Counted from the stretch's first letter, positions 11,090-22,311 are shown. The stretch: 64,000 bases of DNA from a virus (IMGVR_UViG_3300035497_000162:32001-96000); one strand, 5' to 3'. Notes: generated from the sequence alone by a model not told the origin. A program made the numbers and translations.

Positions 11090-11371
11090 ATGGAAAAGAT
11101 TAAATGCCCAGAATTTAGAGTAAAAAAAGATACTGATACTAAATCATTAGCATCTGCTATTTTTACAAACATTAAAACTGTAGACAAAATAGAATTGAAG
11201 TGTATTGGTATACCTGCTGTAAATCAAGCTGTAAAAGCTGTAATTATAGCTAGAGGATTATCAGCACCTACTGGGTTTGATATAATTATAAAACCTTATT
11301 TTGATATGATTTCAATACAAGGTGAAGAAAAAACAGCAGTAGGAATGATATTAGAAAAAATAAACTTTTAG
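11090..11371 (+). CDS. spoVS: SpoVS-family protein
   Basis: SLASAI...IGIPAVNQAVKAVIIARG...PYF...EEKTAV. Confidence 0.88.
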   Translation: MEKIKCPEFRVKKDTDTKSLASAIFTNIKTVDKIELKCIGIPAVNQAVKAVIIARGLSAPTGFDIIIKPYFDMISIQGEEKTAVGMILEKINF

Positions 11372-11384
11372 GAGGTAATGTTTA

Positions 11385-13835
11385 ATGTTAAACAAATTAA
11401 GTTTTAATTTAATGAATTCACTAAACGAAAGTGAAACAAAAACTTATCAAGTTAAAAAGAAAGTAATAGTAGAAAGTACCGGAACTAAAACTATAGTTGA
11501 AGAAGTACAAAAACCAAAAATATCTCAAGAAGCTAAAGATTCATTTACATCTTTAAAAGATATAATAGAAAATGATGATAACAAAATAAATGTAAATGGG
11601 TTTTGGTTATCAGATAAAGCAGTAGCAATAATTAAGAGTTCAAATACAAACTTTCATCTAAATAGTTATATGAATTTAAATATATCAGATATAATAAATA
11701 TGGTTAAAGATAATGATACTATTGAACAAGCTATAGATGAATTATATACAGATTATGATAGTAATAGTGCTTATTCGTGGGCAGAAAACTTTATATCAGT
11801 ATTAGAGAATTTAAATTTTGATATTGAAAATAATATAGTAGAAAGTACTAGAACTAAAACTATAACTAATGAAAGTAAAGAAAATAAAGAAGATCTTAAA
11901 GTAAAAACATATCACATGGAAGATTTAGGTGGTAATACAATGGCAGTATTCGGTCAATTAGAAAATGGTTTATATTTTGCAGGTAACGAAGATGGAATTC
12001 GTATTTATGATATAGACACGTGGCCATATCATGAAGGAGATGGAGATAAAGAATTTGTAGATTGGTACAAATTAGAAAATGAACATAATATTGAAGATTA
12101 TGAATATGGAGATAAAGAATTCAAAGACATAATGTTACAAACAGGATTTAAAGATGAAGATTACTTCAATACTAGTTACTATAATGATGATGAATTAGAT
12201 GAATCCGTAGACCAAGATATAGAAAATGCTAAAAAAGATTCCATAGAAAAAGGTTTATACTCAGAAGCTGATGAATCAATTGGAACATTAAACGTAGAAT
12301 TAAACACAGATGTATTACCTTTAGTAGATGTAAATATGTACTCAATGGATAGTTTTATTAGTGACTATGATATAACGTTAGAAGAGTTAGATGATGTAAC
12401 AAAAGAAAAAGCAACCCCTTTCATTGAAAAGTCAATAAAAGAAATACTACCTAGTGCAAATATAGAATCAACAAAAGTATATCATCCAAAAGAGTACAAC
12501 TATTCTGGAGATGAACTAGAATTCACATTATCATTTGATAAATCAGAATATGAAGCATTAAAAGAAAAAACATTAAACAATAAAAACTTCGATAAATTTC
12601 TAAAAGATAATTACGCATCTACTAGTAACTTTATATCTAATATGGCAGACAATAAAAAGGATTTTGAAACACAGGAGGAGTGGAAACAAGTAGCACAAGT
12701 TATAATGTTTAATATCCCAGAAGGAACTATTAACAATAATAACGAAGCCTATATAAACGATTTTGTTGATTATGTAAGTGGTAATTTTCAAGAAATTAGT
12801 GGTTTAGATGAAGCTGATGAATCAACTGAAACAGTAGAAAATACAAATACTGTTGATGAATTTGAAAATATGGAAGAAAGTTATTTCTTAGAATATTTAG
12901 CAGCTATGCTAGGAATAGAGGAAGAAGATATATTTGATGCAGAAAGTCGAGCATCTAATATAGTATCTAATTGGGGTGAACCTTTAGAGTACGATGAAAC
13001 CACCGGATATAGTTTAAATGTAATAGATGGGTCTAAAATAGAAGGTTGTAAACCAGTAAAAGCTTATTATATAGTAATTGATCAAGATGAAAATGAAGGT
13101 GGCGATTATGCCTATGAATTATTTGATAATGAAAAAGAAGCAAGGGATAATGAAAAAGAAGCAAGGGATAAATACAATGCTTTAACAAACAAAATAGAAG
13201 AATCTTCTTTAACTGAAGCTAAATTAACAGACTATTTAGGAATAATGCAAATTAAAGACTTACTAAATAAAAACAAAAAAACTGCTAATAAAGAGTTTGC
13301 AATAGTCGATAATATGGAAATACAAGTAGGTAAAGGCAAAGATGCTAAAGTATACAAAGCAATTAAAAATGATGATGGTGAATGGGAATTAGAATTTATT
13401 AAGAATTTTTATGAGTCAGCATTAACTGGAGCTGATGAATCTTGTAAATCTTTAAAAGAAGATACCAATAGAGTAAAAGTATCATTTTATGTAGATACAA
13501 ACCAAACTCCTAAAGAAGAAATACAAGCTAAATTAGAAAATTTACTCGCTAATTCTGGATTAGCTTCTACTAAAGAAGATATAGAAATAGAAGATGATTT
13601 AGATGAAAATTGTAAATCTCTAGAAGAAGATACTAAGGAAATGGAAGTCAATAAATCTAATGTAATAAAAAGTCAAGGTAATATTCACATGATAGAAGCT
13701 GATGGTCAATATATAGTAGGTGAAGATTATAATTCAGATACTAAAGAATTAGCTAATGCTGAAGTATATGAGGATAAAGAAGCAGCAGACGTAGATTACT
13801 TAAATAGATGTGAAATTAGTACATCAAATAAATAA
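11385..13835 (+). CDS. large acidic protein, putative internal head polyprotein
   Basis: 816 aa with repeated LNES/IVES/ADES/LTEA/LKED linkers. Confidence 0.6.
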   Translation: MLNKLSFNLMNSLNESETKTYQVKKKVIVESTGTKTIVEEVQKPKISQEAKDSFTSLKDIIENDDNKINVNGFWLSDKAVAIIKSSNTNFHLNSYMNLNISDIINMVKDNDTIEQAIDELYTDYDSNSAYSWAENFISVLENLNFDIENNIVESTRTKTITNESKENKEDLKVKTYHMEDLGGNTMAVFGQLENGLYFAGNEDGIRIYDIDTWPYHEGDGDKEFVDWYKLENEHNIEDYEYGDKEFKDIMLQTGFKDEDYFNTSYYNDDELDESVDQDIENAKKDSIEKGLYSEADESIGTLNVELNTDVLPLVDVNMYSMDSFISDYDITLEELDDVTKEKATPFIEKSIKEILPSANIESTKVYHPKEYNYSGDELEFTLSFDKSEYEALKEKTLNNKNFDKFLKDNYASTSNFISNMADNKKDFETQEEWKQVAQVIMFNIPEGTINNNNEAYINDFVDYVSGNFQEISGLDEADESTETVENTNTVDEFENMEESYFLEYLAAMLGIEEEDIFDAESRASNIVSNWGEPLEYDETTGYSLNVIDGSKIEGCKPVKAYYIVIDQDENEGGDYAYELFDNEKEARDNEKEARDKYNALTNKIEESSLTEAKLTDYLGIMQIKDLLNKNKKTANKEFAIVDNMEIQVGKGKDAKVYKAIKNDDGEWELEFIKNFYESALTGADESCKSLKEDTNRVKVSFYVDTNQTPKEEIQAKLENLLANSGLASTKEDIEIEDDLDENCKSLEEDTKEMEVNKSNVIKSQGNIHMIEADGQYIVGEDYNSDTKELANAEVYEDKEAADVDYLNRCEISTSNK

Positions 13836-13872
13836 TAAATACCAATAAGCATAATACTTTATTAAGGAGGTT

Positions 13873-14262
13873 ATGCTTATGGATTTATCATCATTAAACC
13901 AATCATTAAACATATTATCTAATAAAATTAAATCTTATTTAGATAATCCTGTAAATATAGAATTCGCTAACTATGAACAACAAAGAGATGTAGTATATGT
14001 TAGTAATAAATATAATGAAATAGTACACTATTATTCAGACTTATTAAGTCTTATTACTGAAACTCAATATTTTATAAGTCAATGTAAAAAGGTATCTAGA
14101 TTATTATCTTCTAATACTAGTTTAGAAAAAGCTCAAAAAGATAAAATTAAAACAGCTATTTCTATCATAGAAGAAATATCAGTGCCTCTATATAATGAAA
14201 AAGAAAGATTAAAAACTATAGAAATGATGTATCGTGCAATATATAATCAAAAAGATTTTTAA
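13873..14262 (+). CDS. hypothetical protein
   Basis: AAGGAGG RBS, 129 aa. Confidence 0.7.
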   Translation: MLMDLSSLNQSLNILSNKIKSYLDNPVNIEFANYEQQRDVVYVSNKYNEIVHYYSDLLSLITETQYFISQCKKVSRLLSSNTSLEKAQKDKIKTAISIIEEISVPLYNEKERLKTIEMMYRAIYNQKDF

Positions 14263-14280
14263 TTTAAAGGAGGTTAAATT

Positions 14281-15006
14281 ATGTTTAAAAAATTAAAATT
14301 AGTAGACTCTAATAAACTTACAGAAGCACCTGAGGACGAAGAGCTAGATAATACTATATCAAATGAAGATACCGAAGAAGATTTACAAAATACTATAGAC
14401 TCTGAGGTAGACCAAGAAGAAAATCCTATAGAAGAAGATTCTATTTTAGACCAACAACTAGATGAACTACGTGAAATATTAGTAGATTTAGATATGAACT
14501 TATATCAAATTATAAATAAAGAAGATACTAATAATATTGTTTATATTATAGGTAAAGTAGCTGAGGACTCTAACGATGTATTAATGCTAGTTGATACTAA
14601 ACCAGAAGAGATTAACGATGATACTGAGGATATTGAAAATAAACCTATAGTAAATAATATAGATATTAAAGAAGATGATGAAGAATCTAACCCTGATGTT
14701 TCTAATGATGAAGAAAATATAGAAACAGATTTAGAAGATAGATTTGATTTTGTACCTTTACCTAATACTTTTGAAGAAATTAATAAATTAAATCCTAGAT
14801 ATGGAGAAGAACTAACTCCAGACCATCAAGCCATTGTAGATTATCTTATGAATTGTCTAATAGAAATTAATCCAGATGCAGCTGAAGAAATACAAAATAA
14901 TCAACAAGAAGATTTACCCGCACCTACTGAAGAGCCTATAGATTCTGATTTAGATACTGACTTAGATGTAGGTATAGATATTGATGACGAAGATGAGGAG
15001 GTGTAG
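14281..15006 (+). CDS. acidic hypothetical, putative internal head protein
   Basis: N-terminal KLTEA; D/E-rich. Confidence 0.6.
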   Translation: MFKKLKLVDSNKLTEAPEDEELDNTISNEDTEEDLQNTIDSEVDQEENPIEEDSILDQQLDELREILVDLDMNLYQIINKEDTNNIVYIIGKVAEDSNDVLMLVDTKPEEINDDTEDIENKPIVNNIDIKEDDEESNPDVSNDEENIETDLEDRFDFVPLPNTFEEINKLNPRYGEELTPDHQAIVDYLMNCLIEINPDAAEEIQNNQQEDLPAPTEEPIDSDLDTDLDVGIDIDDEDEEV

Positions 15007-15009
15007 TAA

Positions 15010-17445
15010 TTGAAAACTAGTGTAAATATATTTAATAATTTAAATGAAAGTTTTGAAAATGAATTTAAAGTTAAAAAGAAAGTAATCATAGAATCTGATT
15101 CTATAAAAGAAGAGGTAGAAAGATTCGATGGCGGAACTCTAACTATATTAGAAAAAGGATTAACACCTGATGAGTTTGATAGTTATATTGAAGATCAAAG
15201 GGCTCATTTTGAAGGTGAAGTTTTTGATACTGAAAGTTCTATGCCTTGGTATGACGACGTTACAAGACTTATTTTATATTCAGATGATGATAGCGAAGGT
15301 GAAATAATCATATTTTATAAACAAGATTATGATGAAACTACTGATAGCATTACCTATACTATATACGATACTGACAGTCTTAATGAATCTTGTAAGAAAT
15401 TAAAGGAAGAAGTAGATTTAAAACAATTTAATGATAAAGATGATGAATCTAAGTATCAAATGCTAGATAGATTAAGACAGGATTGTGAATATTTCTTAAA
15501 TAATCAAAGAAGTGAAAAAGCATTATGGACAGGAAATGTTAAAGACCAAATTGCTAAAATGAAAGAATTATATAATCAAATAAAAGAAAAACCAGAATGG
15601 TTAACAATGCAAGACATTGAAGATTATGAAAAGAAAATGACTTCAAATGATATAAATGAAAACACTTTAACAGAAGAAGATAATACTGAAGAAATAACCC
15701 CAGCAGAAAAGAAAATACTCGATGCAGCTCAAACGTCTAATTCTGAATATACATTAGACAATATATCAATTGAAACAACTTCAGAAGGAAATACACACAT
15801 TATGACAAAAGATGGAAAAGATATTGTTACAATTGGTCCACTATCTGATGATGAAAAAGAAGATTTAAGATTAAATGGTTATTATAAAACTAATTTAGAT
15901 ACTAATGAACCTTCTACCAAAGAAAATTCAGATAATTTAACAGAAGAAGATACTGTATTAGTACCTAACGTTGAAGTAGAGCCTGATTATATCATTAATG
16001 ATGTTACTGTACTTAATCAAATAGATGATGGTGACGTTCAAGCACCTGATATAGAAGGTTTACTTACTTTAGTTAATGAAAACTTGTCTAATAAATATGG
16101 TAATAATTGGGGAAAAATTAAAACTTTATCTAGTAAAGTAAACGATAATAATTCCTTTGCTTTAGTTGATATTTACACCCCAGAAATCATTAAAGAATTT
16201 GAAGAAAAAGGTATCTCAGATGTAGCTATAGGTAAAAGTTTAATTCTTGAAAATGTTGGTAAATTATTAGAATTTAAAGTAAATTCACTAAATGGAGTCA
16301 CTAGATACAGCAAAAAAACTCAAGACCCAGTAACTACTATTACTGAATGGGTAGAAACTGAATTTCTACATGAAGCTATGGTGAAAAAAGCTGAGGAAGC
16401 TGAATTCTTAAAAGTAAAAAATGAAGAAGATACTATAGCTGATTATATTAATAATCGTCCAGAATTAAAAATGGAACTAGAGAATATTAAGATGTTTATA
16501 GACTTAAGTAAACAAGTTAAAGCTGAAGAAGAAATGAAACCTTCTATTCAAGATAGAATGTATGGTTTTGCAACTGAATTCCCTGCTAGCATACAAATAT
16601 CTAATAAAAACGATAAATATGAATTATCATTTACTACACTAGACCAAATAGTAGAAAAATTATTCGGTAAAGAATGGGTAAAAGAAACTAGTGAGGATAA
16701 TAAAATAGTAGGATTAAAAGAGTCATATTCTCAATTTAATATCGGAGATATAGAGGTAGTATTTAATCCAGATACTTATGAATGTTTATACTCTATTCCA
16801 GCAGCTGATGTTAAAGATAAAAAAATTAATTTAACTAAAGTACCTTCTGTAGAAACTCCATACGATACTGATACTATTATTAAATCTTATGTAGAAACTA
16901 AATTCGGTCAAATTCCTACTGAAGAAGAAAAAGAAGTAGATAATACTAATCAAGAAATCGAAACCCCTATAGAAAATACAGATAATACTGATAATATTGA
17001 TAATACTACTTCTACAGAGATAGACCAAGAAACAAGTGAACCTGAACTACATGAAGATGAATTACCAGATGAACCTACTACAGATAATGTTCCTACTGAG
17101 AATGATACTGAAGAAGTACAATCTGAAACTGGAGAAGCTTCTTTCGTTAAAATAAGACCTAATCAAGAATCTAATATAGAAGCAGTTAGAGCTAGAATGT
17201 TAGATGGAGATACCCCTAAATCTAGTTATATAGTAGTAAATACTATAGATATTTCAGCAGAAGAATGGAATAATCTAATAAATAATTTATCAGCTCCACA
17301 ATCTTTCTTAGAAAACGTAAAACCAATAGATAGAAAAAACTATAGTTTTAACGTTGTAAAAGTAACTAGTCAAGCGTCTGATACTGTATTATTAATAGAC
17401 CCATTAGGATATAATTACCCTAGATACTTAAGTATAGAAGGGTAG
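15010..17445 (+). CDS. large acidic protein with LPD11-like domain
   Basis: YQMLDRLRQDCEYFL...KPEWLTMQDIEDYEKKM segment; LNES/LTEE linkers. Confidence 0.7.
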   Translation: MKTSVNIFNNLNESFENEFKVKKKVIIESDSIKEEVERFDGGTLTILEKGLTPDEFDSYIEDQRAHFEGEVFDTESSMPWYDDVTRLILYSDDDSEGEIIIFYKQDYDETTDSITYTIYDTDSLNESCKKLKEEVDLKQFNDKDDESKYQMLDRLRQDCEYFLNNQRSEKALWTGNVKDQIAKMKELYNQIKEKPEWLTMQDIEDYEKKMTSNDINENTLTEEDNTEEITPAEKKILDAAQTSNSEYTLDNISIETTSEGNTHIMTKDGKDIVTIGPLSDDEKEDLRLNGYYKTNLDTNEPSTKENSDNLTEEDTVLVPNVEVEPDYIINDVTVLNQIDDGDVQAPDIEGLLTLVNENLSNKYGNNWGKIKTLSSKVNDNNSFALVDIYTPEIIKEFEEKGISDVAIGKSLILENVGKLLEFKVNSLNGVTRYSKKTQDPVTTITEWVETEFLHEAMVKKAEEAEFLKVKNEEDTIADYINNRPELKMELENIKMFIDLSKQVKAEEEMKPSIQDRMYGFATEFPASIQISNKNDKYELSFTTLDQIVEKLFGKEWVKETSEDNKIVGLKESYSQFNIGDIEVVFNPDTYECLYSIPAADVKDKKINLTKVPSVETPYDTDTIIKSYVETKFGQIPTEEEKEVDNTNQEIETPIENTDNTDNIDNTTSTEIDQETSEPELHEDELPDEPTTDNVPTENDTEEVQSETGEASFVKIRPNQESNIEAVRARMLDGDTPKSSYIVVNTIDISAEEWNNLINNLSAPQSFLENVKPIDRKNYSFNVVKVTSQASDTVLLIDPLGYNYPRYLSIEG

Positions 17446-18056
17446 TGATAATAATGTTTATTTCTAATTTAATTATTAGAACCTTATTTGAAAGTGATGA
17501 CTTAAATTCAGAGCTTAAAAATATTAGTAATAAAATAGTTGATAATATTTTTAATACTAATGATAATAATTATTTTATATCATATGATACTATAGATAAT
17601 TCTGTTAGTACTTATGAAGATGATATAAATGATATTATAAAAAGAATCCACCCTAATTGGTTTGATGAAGATGAAGAATTAGATTATCACTATGAATATG
17701 ATTATGATAATTTTATTAATGATATAGAAAACTACTGTACTGATTTAATCGAAGCTAAAGGTTTTATTCATGACCCAAATAAAGAAGGTTACTCTAAATT
17801 AAACAAAGTACAAGATAAATATGACGAAATAATAAACTGGTTAGATTCTGAAAATATAAATTATGAAGTTAGTAATAGTACTCAAGCAGGTATGCTACCA
17901 TCTATTTATATAAAAGATGAAGATAATGATACTGTACTTAGAATAGCTAATCACTATAATCATAGTACTGATAGTCATAAATATAAACTATATTCAAATG
18001 ATGATTACTTCTATTGGGAAACTAGAATAAAACCAGATATATTAAAAGTAGTATAA
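17445..18056 (+). CDS. acidic hypothetical protein
   Basis: About 200-aa ORF. Confidence 0.65.
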   Translation: MIIMFISNLIIRTLFESDDLNSELKNISNKIVDNIFNTNDNNYFISYDTIDNSVSTYEDDINDIIKRIHPNWFDEDEELDYHYEYDYDNFINDIENYCTDLIEAKGFIHDPNKEGYSKLNKVQDKYDEIINWLDSENINYEVSNSTQAGMLPSIYIKDEDNDTVLRIANHYNHSTDSHKYKLYSNDDYFYWETRIKPDILKVV

Positions 18057-18122
18057 ATAGCATATTATTATACAAGGATATTTTTATCCTTGTATTTTTT
18101 ATTTTAGAAAGGAGAATTTACT

Positions 18123-18578
18123 ATGGAAGATTTAATGAATTTAGAGGCTACAGAAGTATCTAGTAATATAAACTTATTAGATGATAATAAAAATGCCTTA
18201 GAGGGTACTTCAAGTTCACCTACTGACTTATTAAAAGAGTACTCAGACTTTGAAAGAAAAAACTTAGAAGTTCAGAAAAAATTAGAAGATTTTAGACAAG
18301 CTCATTTGGAGATATTTGAAGAGTATCAAGCTATGCTAGATGAAATAGAAACTAACATTAAACAACAATCTAATTTAAAAGACCCACTAACTAAAGCTAT
18401 GAGTGCTAATGAACTTAAAACTATATCTGACGATTTATTTAAAGTTACATATGTAGCACCTACTACTAGAAAGAATTTTGATAAAAAGAATTTTGAGAAA
18501 GACCACGAAGAATTATATAATCAATACATTACCATTTCAGAAGTATCTGATTATGTAAAAATTACTTCTGTAGATTAG
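18123..18578 (+). CDS. hypothetical coiled-coil protein
   Basis: RBS, 151 aa. Confidence 0.7.
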   Translation: MEDLMNLEATEVSSNINLLDDNKNALEGTSSSPTDLLKEYSDFERKNLEVQKKLEDFRQAHLEIFEEYQAMLDEIETNIKQQSNLKDPLTKAMSANELKTISDDLFKVTYVAPTTRKNFDKKNFEKDHEELYNQYITISEVSDYVKITSVD

Positions 18579-18591
18579 GAGGAATAATTTT

Positions 18592-18846
18592 ATGGAATTT
18601 TACACTACTATTGACTTTGGAAATAAAGACTATGCTAAAATTTGGTTAGGAGTGAAACAAAACCAATTAGTAATAACTGAAAATACTAATAAAAATATTA
18701 AAGTAGGAGACCAGTTTACACAAAATAATATAAATGATATAGGAAATCAGGTAGTTTTAAAATTTAACAGCTCAGAAGATGTTAATAGATTAATTAAATA
18801 TTTAGAAGAAGTAAAAGCTAATCTAATACTGGTGGAAGCATGTTAA
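18592..18846 (+). CDS. hypothetical protein
   Basis: RBS, 84 aa. Confidence 0.65.
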   Translation: MEFYTTIDFGNKDYAKIWLGVKQNQLVITENTNKNIKVGDQFTQNNINDIGNQVVLKFNSSEDVNRLIKYLEEVKANLILVEAC

Positions 18847-19055
18847 GTTTATTTTTATCAATTATATACTTAATCTATATCATTATAGCTTTTATATTTT
18901 GTATTGCTTTTATACAAGAATATATCATTATAATAAATATTAAAACAGATGAAAGAATATGTAAAAGCAAATTTAAAATAATATTCACGTATTATATATG
19001 TGCTTTAATTTGGCCATATATTCTATATAAATTAAATAAAGATAAGGAGGAATAA
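18840..19055 (+). CDS. small membrane protein
   Basis: Two hydrophobic segments. Confidence 0.6.
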   Translation: MLSLFLSIIYLIYIIIAFIFCIAFIQEYIIIINIKTDERICKSKFKIIFTYYICALIWPYILYKLNKDKEE

Positions 19056-19058
19056 ATT

Positions 19059-19505
19059 ATGATTACATACGAAAATGAAGAAATGGCAATTTCAATTCTT
19101 AGTTATTCATACCCAAATATACAAAGTCAAAAACTATCTATAGAAGAAGTTAAGGAACTACTAAAAGGTAAAAGTATAGCTTTAAGTCTACAGGATAATA
19201 ATATTTTAGTTTTATCATTAGATAGCTCTAGTAAAAATATTAGTTTCGGTGAAGCTATCGAAGAATTAAAGAAAGGTAAAAAAGTAGCTAGAAGGGGTTG
19301 GAATGGTAAAGATCAATATATTGAATTAGCTACTTGTATTAGTTACAAAAATAATAAAGATGAAGTTATAAATCCAAACCACTATAATATAGGTAATAAA
19401 GCAATAGCATTTGTTGGAACATCAGGGGTTCAATTAGGATGGTTAGCAAGTCAAGCTGATATGTTAGCAGAGGATTGGTATGTAAAGGAGGAAAATAATG
19501 GGTAA
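19059..19505 (+). CDS. DUF2829/Tad2-like anti-defence sponge domain with N-terminal extension
   Basis: FGEAIEELKKGKKVARRGWNGK...GWLASQADMLAEDW. Confidence 0.8.
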   Translation: MITYENEEMAISILSYSYPNIQSQKLSIEEVKELLKGKSIALSLQDNNILVLSLDSSSKNISFGEAIEELKKGKKVARRGWNGKDQYIELATCISYKNNKDEVINPNHYNIGNKAIAFVGTSGVQLGWLASQADMLAEDWYVKEENNG

Positions 19506-19788
19506 TAATAAATTTGAGAATCTATGTGTAGACATAGTTAGAAATTATGCTTTAGCTCATTTAGATAAATCTGATGATACTCCAGAATTTGAAGTATATG
19601 TAGTATGGAGTTGTAAAACACTACAAAATAATAAGGCTTTGTTAAGCACTTCTCTTACAGATGGTATGTACTATGAACTTACTTATAATGGTGATGAAAA
19701 AGAATTATACTTTGATGCCTATAAAAAGTTTGAAAACCAATGTATCGAAATACCAGGTGTATACTACTTAAAGGGGGAAGATGTATAA
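19498..19788 (+). CDS. DUF6275-like phage protein
   Basis: VYVVWSCKTLQNNKALLST...DGMYYELTYNGD...YFDAYKK. Confidence 0.75.
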   Translation: MGNNKFENLCVDIVRNYALAHLDKSDDTPEFEVYVVWSCKTLQNNKALLSTSLTDGMYYELTYNGDEKELYFDAYKKFENQCIEIPGVYYLKGEDV

Positions 19789-21227
19789 TGAATATTCTGG
19801 AAACTGAAAAAACACCATTAGATATATTTTGTGAAGCTAGTGAAATATTAAACGAAGCAGTAGCTCACACTTTAGGTCCTAATGGAACTAATACAGCTAT
19901 ACAAAATAAAAACGGACATTATGAAATAATAAACGATGGTAAATCTATTATAGAAACCATTACTAGTTTAGATCCAGCAATAGCTCCTGCTTTAGAAACT
20001 TTAAAACAAGCTAGTTTTGAAACTAACAAAAAAGCTGGAGATGGAACTACTTCTACTACTATATTAATGAACAGTTTACTTCATGGAGCTAGAAAATACT
20101 TAAATACTATACACGAAGGATTATCTGTTCAAATAGATTTATTTGATTTAATAGATAGTAAATCTAATTATTACAAAATAACTCCTGTAGATTTAAGGAA
20201 CACTTTATTAAAAATAAAAGATGCTTTATTACTTAAATTAGATGAAAATAGAATAGAAATAACCGAGGAAGATTACGAAAAAGTAGCTACAGTGGCTTTA
20301 GGTGATGATAAATATTCTAAAATAATAGCTGATACCTATAAATTTTTAGGTAAAGGTAGGAGACCTACCTTAATAAAATCAGATACTTCTAATATAGAAG
20401 TAGAAAAAATAGATGGAATTAGTCTTACTAAAACTAGTATGGTTAGTAATTTATTTAATAATACTACAGAACATCATGATATAGATGTTATATGTCTATT
20501 TAGCCCAGTAAATAGATTTCAAGAAATGACTCAATTTTTAAGAAAAGTTCAACAATCTGGAAGAGAAACTATATTATTTTATAACCAACTATCTTCTGAT
20601 ATATTAGAAAATATTTTATTTAACTATACTAATGGAGCTATTAAACTTATACCTATTTCTTTACAAGGATATGGTAAGGGTACTTACTCAGTAATGACAG
20701 AATTAGCTGACTACTGTGAATGTTCTATTATTGATAATAATGAATTTAAAATATCTGACGTAAATAAAATTACTTTAGGTAAAATTGATTATTCTGTCAT
20801 CAATTCAGACCAAGTCATTCTGAAAAAAAATTCTAAAAAATTAGAAAAAAACTATTTACATTTAGATGAAAAAAGTATAATAATACACATAGGAGGAACT
20901 AACATACTAGAAAGAGAGGAGGTTTACAGAAGAATAGAAGATGCTATAAATAGTCTAGGTAATGCTATAGATTATGGTATTGTACCTGGTGCTGGAGTAA
21001 CCTACTCTAACCTACTAAACTTAGTTCTGAACGATGAAAACATTAATATAGAAATTCCAGATTTTGTAAAAACTTCTATGAATTTAATTAGAAAAACAAT
21101 CAATGCTTCAGATACTTCTAATATTTACGACTCAGCTATGGTAACTAAAGAAGTTATCGAAAACGCATTTACTATAGTTTCTCAAGTTATAACTACACAC
21201 GTAGTAATACACGACAACATAAGATAA
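19788..21227 (+). CDS. groEL: GroEL-like chaperonin
   Basis: TLGPNG, INDGKSI, AGDGTTST, RIEDAI, GIVPGAG; start taken at ATG 19788. Confidence 0.88.
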   Translation: MNILETEKTPLDIFCEASEILNEAVAHTLGPNGTNTAIQNKNGHYEIINDGKSIIETITSLDPAIAPALETLKQASFETNKKAGDGTTSTTILMNSLLHGARKYLNTIHEGLSVQIDLFDLIDSKSNYYKITPVDLRNTLLKIKDALLLKLDENRIEITEEDYEKVATVALGDDKYSKIIADTYKFLGKGRRPTLIKSDTSNIEVEKIDGISLTKTSMVSNLFNNTTEHHDIDVICLFSPVNRFQEMTQFLRKVQQSGRETILFYNQLSSDILENILFNYTNGAIKLIPISLQGYGKGTYSVMTELADYCECSIIDNNEFKISDVNKITLGKIDYSVINSDQVILKKNSKKLEKNYLHLDEKSIIIHIGGTNILEREEVYRRIEDAINSLGNAIDYGIVPGAGVTYSNLLNLVLNDENINIEIPDFVKTSMNLIRKTINASDTSNIYDSAMVTKEVIENAFTIVSQVITTHVVIHDNIR

Positions 21228-21331
21228 CGTAATATAATAAAATAAGGAAAATTTAAACATAGTAATAAATATAAATATACGAATCGATAAAGTTGTCAAG
21301 CTTATTAACTTAAAGAGAGGAAGATTTAACG

Positions 21332-22030
21332 ATGAAAAATAAGTTTGCAAATAAAACACCAATGGAACTAACACCTGAAGAACTACTAGAATTAACAGAA
21401 CAAATTTCTTATATAGAATACTCTAGAAGGAGCGATATTAGAAAGTTACAAGATTATAGAGATGGAGCTCAAGAATTACTTACATACTGGTATGAGAAAT
21501 CTGCTAGAGGTAAAACTGGTATCAATGAAATAAAACAAAAATATAATAATATGGCTCATTTTACTAACTTATTACATTTTGAAAGTAGAAATGGTATTAA
21601 TTATATTATTAGAAAAAAGAAAACACAAATTCATCTATATAATACAGATTCATTAGAACAGTCAGTAAGATTAGAAAACTCTAGTGAAAGTGGTAAAGTA
21701 TTATTAGATACAATACCAGACAGAACCCATATTAGACAAATAGAAGATAGTCTAGATATAGACTTAATTTTATCTAGAATAGATAATACTATAAAACCAG
21801 ATTATATTATAAAATATAATGATAAAGATTTATATAAGTTTAGCTATAGAAACTTAGCTAAAACTTATTTAGATTTATTTAGAGGTGTTAAAATTTCTAA
21901 TAAAGATTTAGATGGTGTACTAATTAAGTCTGAGGATAATACACCTTTAAATAAAGAAGAAATTAAATCTATAATGCATGACTTTAAAAACTATATTAAA
22001 AATAGTAATATTTTAGGAGGTGCTTACTAG
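21332..22030 (+). CDS. hypothetical protein
   Basis: 232-aa ORF. Confidence 0.7.
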   Translation: MKNKFANKTPMELTPEELLELTEQISYIEYSRRSDIRKLQDYRDGAQELLTYWYEKSARGKTGINEIKQKYNNMAHFTNLLHFESRNGINYIIRKKKTQIHLYNTDSLEQSVRLENSSESGKVLLDTIPDRTHIRQIEDSLDIDLILSRIDNTIKPDYIIKYNDKDLYKFSYRNLAKTYLDLFRGVKISNKDLDGVLIKSEDNTPLNKEEIKSIMHDFKNYIKNSNILGGAY

Positions 22031-22311
22031 TGAAATTAACACAAGACTGGATGATAGTTCAGGAAATTCAAAAAGACTTTATAATAGATGGACTATTACA
22101 AAAATACGATGATTCAGACCCTATAATGTTAGTAAAAGTATTACAAGCTAATAGCTTAGTAGAAAGTGATATTACATCTATAACTGGAACTTTAGAAAAT
22201 GCTATCTTATTAATAAATAGATGTAATAAAACAGCTTGGCATGGTAACTATTTAGCTAAAGGTGAAAATATCATAGCTATAATGACTAAAGATGAGTTAA
22301 ATCAACTTTAA
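22030..22311 (+). CDS. hypothetical protein
   Basis: Coupled ORF with GGAGG RBS. Confidence 0.65.
   Translation: MKLTQDWMIVQEIQKDFIIDGLLQKYDDSDPIMLVKVLQANSLVESDITSITGTLENAILLINRCNKTAWHGNYLAKGENIIAIMTKDELNQL

Noticed and set aside
13125-13170. 21-bp duplication (NEKEARD x2) and EEIEETQ repeats near 58760-58830
   Set aside because: In-frame slippage in low-complexity coding sequence.
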